A stretch of DNA of 64,000 nucleotides, taken from positions 110,300,001-110,364,000 of the forward strand of contig NC_045697.1 of NCBI RefSeq assembly GCF_009834535.1. The letters are read 5' to 3'. The notes beneath the pieces were generated by a model. It searched no databases, had not been told where the DNA came from, and saw nothing but the letters and a program-made list of their open reading frames with translations. The translations under genes and the position numbers were made by a program. Origin of the DNA: Camelus ferus (Eukaryota). Positions 62,290-64,000 of the stretch are shown one piece after another (the stretch's first letter is position 1; each line of letters starts with the position of its first letter).

Positions 62290-63410
62290 TTCAGGAAAGT
62301 CTTCTAAAAAGGTGATAAAGTAATGTTAAAAATAAAATGACCTGTAAAGATATCAGGCAAATGTAAAGAAAAAGAAATTGGGAGTAATGACAATATTAAT
62401 ATCTGACAAGGTGGAATTCAATTTTAAAAGGATGAAATAAGTAAAAGAGAGAGATTATGTGATGATAAAAAGTATAGTCCATGGAGAAGTTATAGCAGGC
62501 ATAAACTTTCATGTACTAGATAATAAAAGAGTCAATCACATGAAACAAAATTACTAGAACACAAAAAATAACACATATATGCAAAACCATTGAGTGAGAC
62601 CTTATTATATACATGCAGACCACACATACAAACGTGTATGTACATGTAAACGTATGTTCATATATACATGCGCACATTTCAAAATGTAATAGATCAATTA
62701 CATAAAAGAAAAGACATAGAATATTTAAATATTACCATTGACAAGCTTGGTAATATAAAATTTTGTAACCTATAAATGTAAAAATATACATTCTTCTTTT
62801 TGCCTATGAAACGATCACAAACATTAATCATGTACTTGTCCACAAAGAATATCTTATTTCTAAAATGGAGTGAAAGAATTAAACTAAATAGTTTATAAAC
62901 CTCTTGGAAATTAATAATTAAAAGATGACTCACCAATTCCACATGAGGTCAGGGTTAAGGAAAAAAAAGATAGCTCACCCTAACCCCCTAAAAAAGTAAC
63001 TAACTGAGAATTAAGAAAGACTTTCCTAAATAGACCCCAGGGCAAACAAAAGAAGTAAAAATTGAAATTAGAATCTTTCTAGACAAAAAGAGAAAAAGTG
63101 AAAGGTAAGAAGGAGACTGCTTCATTCGAAAGCTCTACTTTAAAGCGTGAGCAGAGCGGTGTAAGCTCTGGAGAGAGTTTAGCTATAAAGCCAGAGAATG
63201 TTTTATTCAACAAAATTGCCATGTCACTTCCTCCAGCAAAGAATGCTTTAATAAATGACCACAGTGTAACTGGCTATCAACCCACAAGAAAACAAAAGGA
63301 GACCTTCTTTATAACATATTAAAATGAATTCTAAGTTAACTAAATATTTAAATGTAAAAGAAGAAAACAGTAAAAATATTTAAAGAAACTTTACAAACTC
63401 ATCTGAACAA
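62290..63410 (+). mobile_element. Ancient LINE-1 ORF2 remnants
   Basis: A-rich sequence with L1 endonuclease-region motifs (atattaatatctgacaaggtggaattc). Boundaries approximate. Confidence 0.5.
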
Positions 63411-64000
63411 TCAGGGAGTAAGTGAGACATTCATTCATACGGCAGGAAATACTACATAAATGAGCTCTGGCCTAAAGGAACTTACAATCTAGTGCCGTAA
63501 TAACATAGACAAAATTGTTTTTTTAGTTAGGGACTGATTGTGCTATTTTTGAGATATGAACAAGAATTCCGAGGGCCCAGGGAACAGTTCCTGGTCCCAT
63601 GTTCTGTAGTGGGCTTTAAGGGAGGGTTCCCAGAAGGAACATTAATTACTGAGCTACATTTTCAGGGATGAAGGCGAGGCTTCCTGGCAGCTTGGGAAAG
63701 ACACGGAGTCATTATAGAAACTGGTTTTCCAGTACCGTTGAGAAGTGCACTGTAACTGAAGTGTAATGTGAATGATTGTAGAGGCTGAAAAGAGATCAAT
63801 TGGTGAAGCAGCTTGTTATACAAAGATAAGAAGTGTTAACTCAACCTAAAGATAAGACCTTAAGCAGGAGAAAGATGTGACCTATTTTTTTAAAGGTAAC
63901 TTTGTGGAGAATGAATGAGTAAAACAATAGTGGTAAAGCGAGAGGTTAAGAGACTGTTAAACAGCCCAAATGAGAAAAGAGTAACACAAGATAGCATCAG

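Overview
Mammalian genomic DNA, almost certainly from a camelid: the fibrinopeptide B reads ATDYDEEEDDRVKVRLDAR, and tRNA-Ala-type SINEs are present. The window covers the PLRG1-FGB end of the fibrinogen locus. It holds two complete spliced genes, head to head: PLRG1 (minus strand, 15 coding exons, 513 aa, CpG-island promoter) and FGB (plus strand, 484 aa, liver-type promoter). FGB has 9 coding exons because a 21-nt microexon lengthens fibrinopeptide B. The rest is intergenic or intronic DNA rich in L1, LTR, MIR/L2 and DNA-transposon fossils. The most notable observations are the FGB microexon, an orphan degenerate copy of PLRG1 exon 2 about 19 kb from the real exon, a 148-bp inverted duplication bracketing about 5.3 kb, and loss of the conserved Bbeta Arg42-Ala43 plasmin site. 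There is also an orphan RFX/ETS promoter-like element and a decayed hAT transposase. No novel multi-gene system is supported. Most ORFs in the supplied track are spurious.
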